Shown: positions 27,841 to 37,097 of the stretch, one piece after another | Layout of the letters: each line of letters starts with the position of its first letter | How positions within the stretch are numbered: position 1 is the stretch's first letter | Origin: a virus | Lineage: Duplodnaviria > Caudoviricetes | DNA: 64,000 nucleotides | IMG/VR virus record: IMGVR_UViG_3300044620_001883 | Location: 1-64,000 of that record | Direction: 5' to 3' (one strand) | Notes under the pieces: model-generated | What the model was told of the DNA's origin: nothing | Seen by the model: only the letters and a program-made list of their open reading frames with translations | Database searches by the model: none | Position numbers and translations under genes: made by a program

Positions 27841-29173
27841 GGACCTGTACGAGCTGGGGCCTGTACCAACTGTGCCAGGGATGTGCTTCCTGCGCACCTA
27901 TCAGGGATTTCTGCCAGATGTGCTGGAGGTCCTGAAGGACCACGGGGTTGCCTACACACTCCACGATGTGCGTCTCAAGGACTTCCCGAAGCCGAGGTTT
28001 GATCTCATGCATGGGTTCCGGTTCTCGCAGCGTGAGCTGCTGGAGACGGCGCTGCTTGAAGACAAATCAGGGTTGATTGCAGCCCCGACACGGTTCGGCA
28101 AAACGACCGAGATCATCAACACCTGCCGCGCCTACCCGACCCTCTGTACATTGGTGGTGGTTCCGGGCGTGGATTTGGTGGACCAGCTCCACGCGGAGCT
28201 TGAGGGGGCGCTTCCGCTGCGGCTGGTGAAGAAGATGCATAGCAAGGTCTCGACCAAGAAGATCAGCCAGGACGTGACGGTGATCTCCATGGACTCGATG
28301 AGCAAGGTCGAGGACACGTCGGAAGTACGCCTGATTCTCGTGGATGAACCGCATGCTCTCCCGACATCTGGGCGTATGCCGGATTTCATGCGTTTCGAGA
28401 AGGCTCGGAAGCTTGGTTACGGGGCCACCCTGGATGGAAGGTTTGACGGCAAGGATCCACTGATCCGCGGGCTTATCGGGCCTGTGCTGTCGGAGCGTAC
28501 TTACCTGGAGGCTGTCCGCGAAGGTGCAATTGCCCCGATCGTTGTCTACATGCTTGCTATCCCGACCAAGGGGTTTCCATGCCGGGATCGCCGCAAGGCC
28601 TACCAGCAGATCTTCTGGGAGAATCCAGGGATTGCCAACTGTCTGCGCTGGTTGTGCAGTCCCGAGAGTGACGTGTTCGATCCCACATGGCAGATCTTGG
28701 GCTTCATCGACAACGAGCGCCAGGCTGAATACCTGAAGGAGTTTGTCGCCATCCCCGGGATGGAGATCGCGATGGCCAAGCAGATGTCCACCAAGCAGCG
28801 CAAGGAGAAGACGGATAATCTCAAATCAGGGGAAACACGTCTGTGCTTCGCGACCAACATCTATGCGCAGGGCGTCACCTTCAGTGACCTTCGGGTTGTC
28901 ATAAACCTGTCTGGTGGTGGCGCCTCCACGAAGACCATCCAGAAGCCAGGTCGTGTGGCGGAACTGCGTCCCGGCAAACGCTGCGGAGTCGTGGTCGACT
29001 TCCTCTTCACGGCTTCCCAGGATGCCATGGATCGGTTGAAGGGCTCGGACTGTTGGTGTCCTGTGCGCGAGAGCCAGACGCGCCTCAGATACTATCAGGA
29101 GCGCGGCTTCGAAGTGTATGTCGTACACGGACAGAATGAACTGAAGCGCAAACTTCGAGAAAGGTGCAGATGA
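27659..29173 (+). CDS. Superfamily 2 helicase (UvsW/SSL2-like)
   Basis: APTRFGKT, LVDEPH, GATLDGR, NIYAQGVTFSDL, IQKPGRV. Start uncertain (27659 or slightly later). Confidence 0.88.
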   Translation: MADSTLKHWKLTGGPVHLLWDESTLTVTPGFKEIRQVLKMEVSEMVQNPSTFRWQKKTHTEDLYELGPVPTVPGMCFLRTYQGFLPDVLEVLKDHGVAYTLHDVRLKDFPKPRFDLMHGFRFSQRELLETALLEDKSGLIAAPTRFGKTTEIINTCRAYPTLCTLVVVPGVDLVDQLHAELEGALPLRLVKKMHSKVSTKKISQDVTVISMDSMSKVEDTSEVRLILVDEPHALPTSGRMPDFMRFEKARKLGYGATLDGRFDGKDPLIRGLIGPVLSERTYLEAVREGAIAPIVVYMLAIPTKGFPCRDRRKAYQQIFWENPGIANCLRWLCSPESDVFDPTWQILGFIDNERQAEYLKEFVAIPGMEIAMAKQMSTKQRKEKTDNLKSGETRLCFATNIYAQGVTFSDLRVVINLSGGGASTKTIQKPGRVAELRPGKRCGVVVDFLFTASQDAMDRLKGSDCWCPVRESQTRLRYYQERGFEVYVVHGQNELKRKLRERCR

Positions 29174-29850
29174 GCCGAGTACCACACCAGCAATCCCGAG
29201 AGTCCTTTTTCTCAGCCTGTCACGCTGAGGGTAATGTGGGTATGTGGGCACAGAGTTTATTGCAGGCGTGTGAACGTGCCCTCCCTAATTGCACGGCCAA
29301 CAGCAGTATTCAGAAGATCAAGGATATCCCGGCCGTCCTGGCTGCTGCGAGGTTCTGGCACGATAAACCACTGACTGCGGATCAGGTTGTACGGGAGCAC
29401 CTATATGACATACACAAACATCCAACTAGCGCTGGGGCGCTCTTGACTGGTGTCAGCAAGATTACCAGCTGTGAGGAAATATGGAAACGCGTGCAAGGCA
29501 GCATCAAAGCTGTACAGACCATGGGCGCCGACATCATCAATGCTGAGGATTATGCGCATGCTGGCTCCTCTGATGCCTTGATGGAATACGAAGGAGCTCT
29601 CGCGTATGCACACCAAGCATTGCGTGGGTGTGCCGGGAGTCTGACGATCGGCGAACCACAGCTTGAAGTACTGCGTAGTTACCTGCGGGACATCAAACCC
29701 TGGCTGCGCTGCCTTCTGAGTAACTTCGATCCGGTTGTGATGGAACGCTGGGGCAAGGCGGCACGGGACGAGTTGGCAGTTCGATCTGACCTTGGAAGCG
29801 TACTGAGACATCAAGGCTATGACATCCTACCCATCTTGAAACACACATGA
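29170..29850 (+). CDS. Hypothetical protein upstream of the replicative helicase
   Basis: Translationally coupled on both sides; a loader role is possible from position only. Confidence 0.55.
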   Translation: MSRVPHQQSRESFFSACHAEGNVGMWAQSLLQACERALPNCTANSSIQKIKDIPAVLAAARFWHDKPLTADQVVREHLYDIHKHPTSAGALLTGVSKITSCEEIWKRVQGSIKAVQTMGADIINAEDYAHAGSSDALMEYEGALAYAHQALRGCAGSLTIGEPQLEVLRSYLRDIKPWLRCLLSNFDPVVMERWGKAARDELAVRSDLGSVLRHQGYDILPILKHT

Positions 29851-31259
29851 CCAGCGAGCAACTCTATGACATGATCGACAAGGATCCGGTGTACTTCGAA
29901 CGCACCATGTTGACTCGTATAATGCTGGACGCACAGTTCGCGACCCTGGTTGGAACGGTGCTGTTTTGCGATCACGAGGGGCAGGAAGCCAGGTCGTTCC
30001 AGATGCCCAGGCACGCTGGGCTGGCACAGGCTGCGCTGTTGTATCATCTGCACGGAGGTCCTGTGACACCACAGCCTTCCTGGGAATTCCTGCACACCTG
30101 TATGAGCCAGGTGGCCGGACAAGGCAAACTACCCGCGCAGGAATTGACGGATGTCTGGCAGTACTTCTATGAGATGCTCTGCAGCGGTTCAACCAACATG
30201 CCGCTTATCCAGCAGCAGACCAACACAGGTTGCACGTACTGGCTCAAGCAGGTGAGGACTCAAATGATCTCCCAGCGTGCCAGGACAGAGCGCTGGCGTG
30301 CCGACAAGCTGCAAGGACACCTCCGCCAGGAGAACGTCTTTATCGACAAGCTGGCCAACACCGAGCAGATGATCTTTGATATCTGGGAGGAGCTGCAAAA
30401 TCCCAAACCGGATGTCGTGCGTTTGAGGACCTCCATCGCACAGTTGAATGTGCGGTTGGGTGGTGGGTTCGGTCGTGGTGAGGGGTACCTGTTCATCGCC
30501 GCTTCCGGCGCCGGCAAGACCGTCACGAGCACACAGTTTGCCGGGGAATGGGCACTGGCTGGCAACAAGGTGGCACTGGTCACCACAGAGCGAAGCCAGG
30601 CTACCAATGACCTCACGATGCGACTGCTGAGCCAGCAATGCGGGATCCCGTACAAGCAAATCGTGAATGGTCTCAACCAAGGCACACTGCAGCCCACACA
30701 ACGTGCGGCCGTTGAGGAGTTCAGCCGTCACGTGAACAAGGGAAACTTTCGGATCGTGGAGTGGTTCAAGCGACCAAACCGGGACATCCGGCTGGGATTG
30801 CGGGACACGCTAGATCAGCTGGCCAACGAAATGGGCGGGCTGGATGCCTTCCTGTTGGACTGGATTGGTGGTTCCCTCGATGACGATGCCAAGAACGATC
30901 CGACCAAGATCCGGCTGGCCTACAATGGCGGTTGTGAGGCTGTGGCGGATCTGGCGGGTGACATGAACGCCGTGGGCTGCACATTCGCCCAGGCCCACAA
31001 TGTCACTGGCAAGAACAACGCGCGCGTGGGCGCCGCGAATCTGCAGGAGTCCAAGTCGATGGACAAGCCCATGACGGGTGTCATCGGCATCTCGGCAATC
31101 CAGAGCAAAGATCAGGACGAAGCCGGACATGGTGAGAACTATGAACCGGATCAGTACTTCTTCATCGGCAAAGCCCGCAAGGGTGTCGGTGGCTTGGTGC
31201 CTGTGCGTCGTAACTTCGGCTATCAGAAATTCGTGGACCGCATGTTCAGACAAGCATGA
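29847..31259 (+). CDS. dnaB: DnaB-like (SF4) replicative helicase
   Basis: GEGYLFIAASGAGKT, VTTE, FLLDWIG, TFAQ, IGKARKG. Confidence 0.85.
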   Translation: MTSEQLYDMIDKDPVYFERTMLTRIMLDAQFATLVGTVLFCDHEGQEARSFQMPRHAGLAQAALLYHLHGGPVTPQPSWEFLHTCMSQVAGQGKLPAQELTDVWQYFYEMLCSGSTNMPLIQQQTNTGCTYWLKQVRTQMISQRARTERWRADKLQGHLRQENVFIDKLANTEQMIFDIWEELQNPKPDVVRLRTSIAQLNVRLGGGFGRGEGYLFIAASGAGKTVTSTQFAGEWALAGNKVALVTTERSQATNDLTMRLLSQQCGIPYKQIVNGLNQGTLQPTQRAAVEEFSRHVNKGNFRIVEWFKRPNRDIRLGLRDTLDQLANEMGGLDAFLLDWIGGSLDDDAKNDPTKIRLAYNGGCEAVADLAGDMNAVGCTFAQAHNVTGKNNARVGAANLQESKSMDKPMTGVIGISAIQSKDQDEAGHGENYEPDQYFFIGKARKGVGGLVPVRRNFGYQKFVDRMFRQA

Positions 31260-31888
31260 GTGAAAAGATCAAACTACGGCTTACGTCCGACATCGAGTAC
31301 GAGATATTCGATGGGTGTGCAGACCATGAGCAACTGCGCAAGGATCTTGCGGCTGCGGCCAAGCGGGTAATTGAGCACGGGATGGGCAATGGGTTCTTCT
31401 CAGGCGAAGAAGAGGCATGTGCGGACACCCACAGTGTAAACACAGAGTGGATCACAACCGGTCAACCCACGATGGAGGAAGAGCTGGCGTATGCGCGGCA
31501 ACGCATCGAAAAGTTGGAGCGAGGCTGCATCGAACTCAGTTACGCGCTGGGCCGCATTGACTACATCTGCAGTGCGCCCAATGAGTACGAAGTATCTGAT
31601 TACGATGTACACCAGAACGAGGATCTGGTCATCACGGCTGTGGAGCGCAAGCTGGCAGAGCTGGTACAGGCCAAAGCCACTATCGATGAACTGATGGCTG
31701 AGTATCCCTTGGCGCTACGGGAACTGGCGCTGCGCACCAACACAGTTCCCGGAGACTGGGTTACAGAGGATGGGCCGGATTCCGGCGTCGGGGAAGACTA
31801 CTACTATCGCCACTGCGACCGCAATGAAGTCTGGTGGGTCTGTGTAGACCAAGGCGAAGTGACGCATTGTGTGTTGGAACAAAACTGA
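31256..31888 (+). CDS. Hypothetical mosaic protein
   Basis: Coupled ORF, acidic. Confidence 0.55.
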   Translation: MSEKIKLRLTSDIEYEIFDGCADHEQLRKDLAAAAKRVIEHGMGNGFFSGEEEACADTHSVNTEWITTGQPTMEEELAYARQRIEKLERGCIELSYALGRIDYICSAPNEYEVSDYDVHQNEDLVITAVERKLAELVQAKATIDELMAEYPLALRELALRTNTVPGDWVTEDGPDSGVGEDYYYRHCDRNEVWWVCVDQGEVTHCVLEQN

Positions 31889-31889
31889 G

Positions 31890-32336
31890 ATGGAGATGCT
31901 CATCCACGCGACCGTCAACGGACACCCCTGTCTCATTACCGAGTACGAGCATGGACAGGACTTCAAGACCATGCTCGGCTATGAACAGATTGGGGATCCG
32001 TTTCCCTGTCCAGGTTGCGGGGTCCAACATTCCCTGGAGGCAGGGGAGTGGACCAACTGCAGTACACGCCCAGCCTACTACGAGGACGGGGAAGCCTACG
32101 AGGAAGTCATTTGTAGTTACTGCGCCCGAGCATTCAATGCTCCCTTGCAGGCCAAGACACACTACATTTCAGGTATGCAACACCGCTCCCTTGTGTTGAA
32201 GTGTGTGGAACTTGAATGGTTCGAACCGCTAGGTGCGAAATGCCAGGTTGAATGCAGCAAACTCTCCGACCTTACAGGTCAGTACATCATGACAGTATTT
32301 GGAAACCACACTGCTACCCTGATGGGATGTCCATGA
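31890..32336 (+). CDS. Hypothetical protein with CxxC pairs
   Basis: CPGC ... CSYC. Confidence 0.5.
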   Translation: MEMLIHATVNGHPCLITEYEHGQDFKTMLGYEQIGDPFPCPGCGVQHSLEAGEWTNCSTRPAYYEDGEAYEEVICSYCARAFNAPLQAKTHYISGMQHRSLVLKCVELEWFEPLGAKCQVECSKLSDLTGQYIMTVFGNHTATLMGCP

Positions 32337-32626
32337 GCCCGTTCCGTGAGCTTGAACAAAAGATGGAATACTACGTACCAAATCTTCCGGATGATGTGTG
32401 TCGCTGCCATGACCAGACCGGGTTGTGTGGGCGAAACAATGAATGCCGCCGCTGGCTGCAGCGTGGTTCTGGGGGTGTACGGGTACGCCAAGCAGCGAGC
32501 CTTCTGCACCTGGACTCACTCGGAGAATGCATTAACTTCATGGACACGAAGCTAGTGCCTGTAGTTATTGATGGGAAGCGCTACGAACCATGCATCACGA
32601 CGAACCCGGCAATACCAGACAAATGA
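32333..32626 (+). CDS. Small Cys-rich hypothetical protein
   Basis: DVCRC...C...C.R...C. Confidence 0.5.
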   Translation: MSPFRELEQKMEYYVPNLPDDVCRCHDQTGLCGRNNECRRWLQRGSGGVRVRQAASLLHLDSLGECINFMDTKLVPVVIDGKRYEPCITTNPAIPDK

Positions 32627-32815
32627 GGTACTTCCAAATCCTGTACCGGAACGCTGATGGCAAAAATGCCCTGACGAGCAGCATCAACTTGCAACCACCC
32701 TGTAAAGCCGAGGACTGCTTGAAGTACACGACACAGTTCGTACGGGACAATCTGATTCAAATCCTGGAGGTGGCATCTTGACAAAGAGCACCACCACCTG
32801 AACTCCTATACCACT

Positions 32816-33403
32816 ATGACTCCAAACCTCGCAAAACTGCTAAGCCGCAGACATGAAGCAAAGTACAAGGGTTACACCTTCAAGGTGTTCCCTGGCATAG
32901 ACACCATGGCACAGGCACCATGGCAGGTCGAAGAGGCCGAGGAAGACTTTGTCGTCGAAGACGATTCGGACGTGCCCGATGAGAATCTGTGGTATCTGAC
33001 CAAGGTGCCAGATGAGTACAGCCCTTCTCCATTGGGTGACTCGTGCTGTACCTGCCTGATGTTCGACAGTGCTGCTGTGCGGGAATACTTTGAGGAGGAA
33101 GGACCGTTCCAACCTGACGAGGAACTTCGGGATGGTCTGCTGGCCGAGCTAGGTCGCGAGCCCACTGAGGATGATTACCTGGACGAGCATGTCTGGAAAC
33201 TGTACGTGTACTACCGGGAGTATGTGCAGGGTCAGTCCCCTTGGCTCATGATTGAGGTGCAGGTTTGTAATCCTGATGGTGAAATAAATCTGACGGCTAC
33301 AGTAACGTACCGGCAGATTGCTGCCGATCGTTTTGACGAGATCTGGAAAGCTGCGGTGGTCGGGGCACGACAGGAGATCGACAGCCTGATTTCTGAAAAC
33401 TAG
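32816..33403 (+). CDS. Acidic hypothetical protein
   Basis: 195-aa Asp/Glu-rich ORF. Confidence 0.55.
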   Translation: MTPNLAKLLSRRHEAKYKGYTFKVFPGIDTMAQAPWQVEEAEEDFVVEDDSDVPDENLWYLTKVPDEYSPSPLGDSCCTCLMFDSAAVREYFEEEGPFQPDEELRDGLLAELGREPTEDDYLDEHVWKLYVYYREYVQGQSPWLMIEVQVCNPDGEINLTATVTYRQIAADRFDEIWKAAVVGARQEIDSLISEN

Positions 33404-33600
33404 GAAGTGAAACACGATAACAAACCAGCGCCCGCGGTGGGATCTACAATTAGCACCTGGTTCGCGGACAACCCTGCAGGTATGTCTACGGTGCTCAAGG
33501 TCGCGCGGTACACTGGAGCATATCCTCAGTGGTTCTCTTGGGTCGTTCGTGTTACAGCACCACGAACAAATCGAGGCTGGATGGAAATAGTCCAGTAATT

Positions 33601-33860
33601 ATAGAACTTTGTGCTTGAATGTTCTCTCCTGATCGGGCACCATCACGGTGTAATCTCTCGATTTGAAGAGCGTCTCTGAGTTGAAAAAACAGCGACAATT
33701 GGATCTGACAGGAGGTCATCCCTAAATGCCCGAAGGGCCTGCGAGGATGTTGAGAGTTGGTGTTTTTTCACAAAAGCGAGCGGCCCCGCAACACTTTTGC
33801 CTGTAACAGGGCTCACCAGTTCAAGACAGAATCCAGGCCCTGAGGGCTCCAGGATCACCT
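33601..33860 (+). ncRNA. Candidate structured RNA or cis-regulatory leader (~260 nt)
   Basis: Nested stems 33682-91/33761-70 (10 bp), 33696-700/33755-59, 33718-22/33745-49, 33728-31/33735-38, plus 33614-19/33820-25 and a GCCC-TGA-GGGC hairpin at 33837-47. Confidence 0.4.
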
Positions 33861-33863
33861 CAC

Positions 33864-35654
33864 ATGTCTCAGACCACCCTCCCCGTGCCGGCTGCCAAGC
33901 AGCCCAAGGCTCCCAAGAAGCCCAGCAAGCCCAAGACACCCCCGTCTTCCCCGCACCTCCTGCCGCGCTGTATTGCCGGTTTGCGGGCTCCTACGATCCC
34001 CGAGCTGTCCCAGCACCCCGACTTCACCAAGAAGAACGTCAGCGACGCCAAGGTCATCCTGATGGCCATTCTGCGCCATGCCAGCTACTGGCAGGTCACC
34101 AAGAAGCTGGTCCGGGCTGACACAGGCTTTTCCGACAAGCGCACCACCAAGGCCCTGAACTACCTCAGGATTCAGCAGATGCTGGCCAACGTGGTTATCC
34201 GGAAGGACAGCAAGTTTCACGGCTGGTGCTTCAGGGTCGATCTGGACGGGAAGGTCCAGAAGGGCGGCTGGGTGCTCCACTACAGCCAGGAGACGGATGT
34301 GAAGCGCGACTTCAATGCCCGGAAACAGATGCGCCGGGAAAAGGGTGGGATCGACAAACCCAAGCCCAAGAAACGCCGCACACGCAAGACCAAGGCTCAA
34401 AAAAATGATCACAGTCAGTACCCCCCAAAACAGGGGGGTACTGACGCCGCTCCTCTGCACTCCTATAATGTAATACCTGTAGAAGCCTCTGAAAAAGAGA
34501 CCCTTTTATTCCCTCTGCCGAGGGAAAATTTCCAATCTCTTCCCGGAGACCCTCAGGACAGTCGCGACCGTCAGGAACTCCAGGGAGGATCGGAATCTCC
34601 GACCACCCCGGAAGTGGTCACGCCTGTCAGTCAGGAACGTCAGGAAGAAATCAAAACAGCCTACCCGGTCTCGGAGGACGTCCTGGAACACATTGAAGAT
34701 CTTGGGCTTCCTCAACCTGACCCGGCGATTGCCCCGACCTTCTACCTTCAGGCTCAGACATCGCTGGAAGCGGATCGATCATCATCAGATCCGGCACATC
34801 ACCATCGCGGCAGGCTCGCGATTGAGAAACTCCAACAGGGGGTGCGACCCCGCAAGGAGGCCGCGTTGGCTTGGTTCAAGGCCAACCTACCCGGCTGGCT
34901 GTTGGAGGATTGCCTCCGCCCTGGGGAGGCCATTACCGTCATGGTGGCTCACAAGTTGGTGCGCAAGCTACACGGTGGCTCCCTGACTCTTGACCACTTT
35001 GCCCGGTATTGGGCCGCGGTGCAGACAGAGCGCTGTAAACGCCTGCCGCTTGTGCATGTCGTGAATCTGCTTTCCAGCGCCTTTGCGATCAAAAACGAAC
35101 AGGATGCCGAGCATGCCACCAGCGCGGCAGCGCGGACTCACGATAAGTTCGGGCGGGTGCTTTACCGCGCTGAAGACGTCTCAGCCAACCTCGTACGGGC
35201 TATCCCGGATATGCGCGTGCCGCATAAAGCCGACACATCTGCGTGGGCACCCGATGCCCTCTACGAGGACCTGCAGGGTTGGAGAAGTGACCAGCTGACC
35301 GAGGGCTACGCTGACCGGTTCCTGTGGGCCGCACGCATCTACGCTCTGGCGGGCTACATGGGCGACCATCATGCTTGCGTGGTACCCCTGCTGCGTGACG
35401 TAAGTGCGGCGAACATCACCAAGCAGGATGTCTGCCGTTGGTTCGTGGAATCCCCTCGGGGGCGTCCGACCTTCGTGCGTGTCGCACGCGAGTTTGGTGC
35501 GTGTGGGTTGGATACCTTCGATGTTTTTGGTATTGACTGGCAGGAGTGCTATGCAAAGGCCTGGCGTCTGTGGGTCTGCCTTGCAACTGTCCGGGAATCC
35601 CAACTGCGGATCCCGTACGCGAACATGAGCCTTGGCGACTTCTGCCGCCACTAA
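33864..35654 (+). CDS. Large protein with N-terminal winged-HTH-like region; possible replication initiator or regulator
   Basis: AKVILMAIL...VTKKLVRADTGFSDKRTTKALNYL pattern, Lys-rich linker, helical C-terminal domain. Confidence 0.45.
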   Translation: MSQTTLPVPAAKQPKAPKKPSKPKTPPSSPHLLPRCIAGLRAPTIPELSQHPDFTKKNVSDAKVILMAILRHASYWQVTKKLVRADTGFSDKRTTKALNYLRIQQMLANVVIRKDSKFHGWCFRVDLDGKVQKGGWVLHYSQETDVKRDFNARKQMRREKGGIDKPKPKKRRTRKTKAQKNDHSQYPPKQGGTDAAPLHSYNVIPVEASEKETLLFPLPRENFQSLPGDPQDSRDRQELQGGSESPTTPEVVTPVSQERQEEIKTAYPVSEDVLEHIEDLGLPQPDPAIAPTFYLQAQTSLEADRSSSDPAHHHRGRLAIEKLQQGVRPRKEAALAWFKANLPGWLLEDCLRPGEAITVMVAHKLVRKLHGGSLTLDHFARYWAAVQTERCKRLPLVHVVNLLSSAFAIKNEQDAEHATSAAARTHDKFGRVLYRAEDVSANLVRAIPDMRVPHKADTSAWAPDALYEDLQGWRSDQLTEGYADRFLWAARIYALAGYMGDHHACVVPLLRDVSAANITKQDVCRWFVESPRGRPTFVRVAREFGACGLDTFDVFGIDWQECYAKAWRLWVCLATVRESQLRIPYANMSLGDFCRH

Positions 35655-35662
35655 TCCGATAT

Positions 35663-35875
35663 ATGCCCAAGCCACCCATAGAACTCGCAATCGTGCCCGC
35701 GCATTTCCAAAAGGGATGCCGCGTGTACAGCCCCCTCTTCGAGCAGGAGGGAGTGGTAAGCCGTGCTCCGCGTCATGACGACCAAGGGCGTGTGCTGTTG
35801 GACATTCTGTTCGACGGGGATACGATCCCTGTCGTGCAGCGTCCGCTTGAACTTCGTGTAGTCAATTTGGTATGA
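35663..35875 (+). CDS. Small hypothetical protein (SH3-like)
   Basis: FQKGCRVYSPLF..EGVV...LDILFD. Confidence 0.45.
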   Translation: MPKPPIELAIVPAHFQKGCRVYSPLFEQEGVVSRAPRHDDQGRVLLDILFDGDTIPVVQRPLELRVVNLV

Positions 35876-36105
35876 CCCCAGAAACTTCCACTATTCACGC
35901 ATCCCATTCCTTCGTGCTGGAGCAGGCGAAGGCCAATATCGCGTTCGTGCGGGCCAACGCCGAGCACGTCGAGCAGGCAAAACAGATCAACGCGTCCCTG
36001 GCCAACATCGTGGCAATGGAACGCAACCTGGTCATGCACAACGCACTGGAACGCGCCAAGCTGAAGGAACTCAATGAAGACATGCAAAAACTGCTCAAGC
36101 ACTGA
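35872..36105 (+). CDS. Small coiled-coil protein
   Basis: Coupled ORF, helical. Confidence 0.55.
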   Translation: MTPETSTIHASHSFVLEQAKANIAFVRANAEHVEQAKQINASLANIVAMERNLVMHNALERAKLKELNEDMQKLLKH

Positions 36106-36739
36106 CTTGGTGGCACGCGGCGCAAGCGGGTTCCGAAACGTGTGTCGTGTCTGCTGGGCGGAGGCTCAACGTGAAGCGTGGGCGAAGAACCGCACAAAAG
36201 GCCGCGCGGCGCTCAAGCGTGCCTATGCCAAGCATGCATCAAAGCGTCGAAGCGAGTCAGCCAAGTACAAGCAACAGCATCGTGAGTACTACGCATTGGC
36301 TGAATGGTTCCGTAAAAAAGGCATTCGTGTCAGCCACATTGCACCATCGGACATCACAGCTTTGGTTGAAATGAAGCAGGCCCTGAAACAGGCCAAGGCA
36401 CAGACGCAGTTACCAACACAATCTCCCAAACTGACTGCGCCAGCGCAACGCGTCTTGACTGCAAGAGCTGGACACGCTGTGGTTGCATCCTTCGTGGAAA
36501 CGCAAAGCGTGACTGCTCCACCAACGCACGAGCTTATTGAAAACATGATCGAACTCCAAGACACTGACCCGATGCCATTTGGTAAACACAAGGGAGATCT
36601 CATGCAGGATGTCCCGGCTAGATACCTGCACTGGCTGTACAGCAACGGCAAAAAGGATGACCGACGCTGCCCCGTCGCGGACTACATTCGCCGCAACCTT
36701 AACGCACTCAAACAGGAGTATTCCGATGGAATCTGGTGA
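36074..36739 (+). CDS. Zn-ribbon/basic-helix protein with C-terminal DUF3820-like domain
   Basis: CKNC...CRVC plus basic helix; C-terminal DPMPFGKHKG..MQDVPARYLHWL. Confidence 0.55.
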   Translation: MKTCKNCSSTDLVARGASGFRNVCRVCWAEAQREAWAKNRTKGRAALKRAYAKHASKRRSESAKYKQQHREYYALAEWFRKKGIRVSHIAPSDITALVEMKQALKQAKAQTQLPTQSPKLTAPAQRVLTARAGHAVVASFVETQSVTAPPTHELIENMIELQDTDPMPFGKHKGDLMQDVPARYLHWLYSNGKKDDRRCPVADYIRRNLNALKQEYSDGIW

Positions 36740-37097
36740 TCCTGTGGTGTTGTGGGTGGAGCAGGCCCGACGTGCCTACGAGGCTGGGGAACAGCATCCG
36801 ATCCTGACCTTTCTGGAATCAGAGCTCGAGATCGAGATAGCAGAGCGTGGTTGTGATCGTGACATGACCGAGTCGGATCTGGATGCGTACCGCGAGAAGC
36901 GCATGCCCGAGATGCTTGAGGACGTGGTTACGATTCGGGAATACCTGGCATATTGCAGAATCCTGTCCGCAGGTAGAACCACCCCATTGGTTGATCTGCG
37001 CGCGATCATCACAGAAAACCTTCTCAAGGATCTGCCTGATGAATGTCCACAGCTTCTTGGTAGATATTTTGAACTCAAACCGAACAATGGACCCTGA
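36726..37097 (+). CDS. Hypothetical protein
   Basis: ATG 36726 overlaps the upstream gene. Confidence 0.5.
   Translation: MESGDPVVLWVEQARRAYEAGEQHPILTFLESELEIEIAERGCDRDMTESDLDAYREKRMPEMLEDVVTIREYLAYCRILSAGRTTPLVDLRAIITENLLKDLPDECPQLLGRYFELKPNNGP

Noticed and set aside
26500-29200. GGY-NN type pentamer array or CRISPR array near the RAMP-like gene
   Set aside because: Manual scan of the flanks and all intergenic gaps found at most two consecutive units; an array elsewhere in the genome cannot be excluded.
33640-33810. Cobalamin riboswitch fragments (CGGTGTAATC, CCCCGCAAC, CTGTAA)
   Set aside because: Spacing is far from consensus, the AGGGAA and B12-box elements are missing, and the downstream gene is unrelated.
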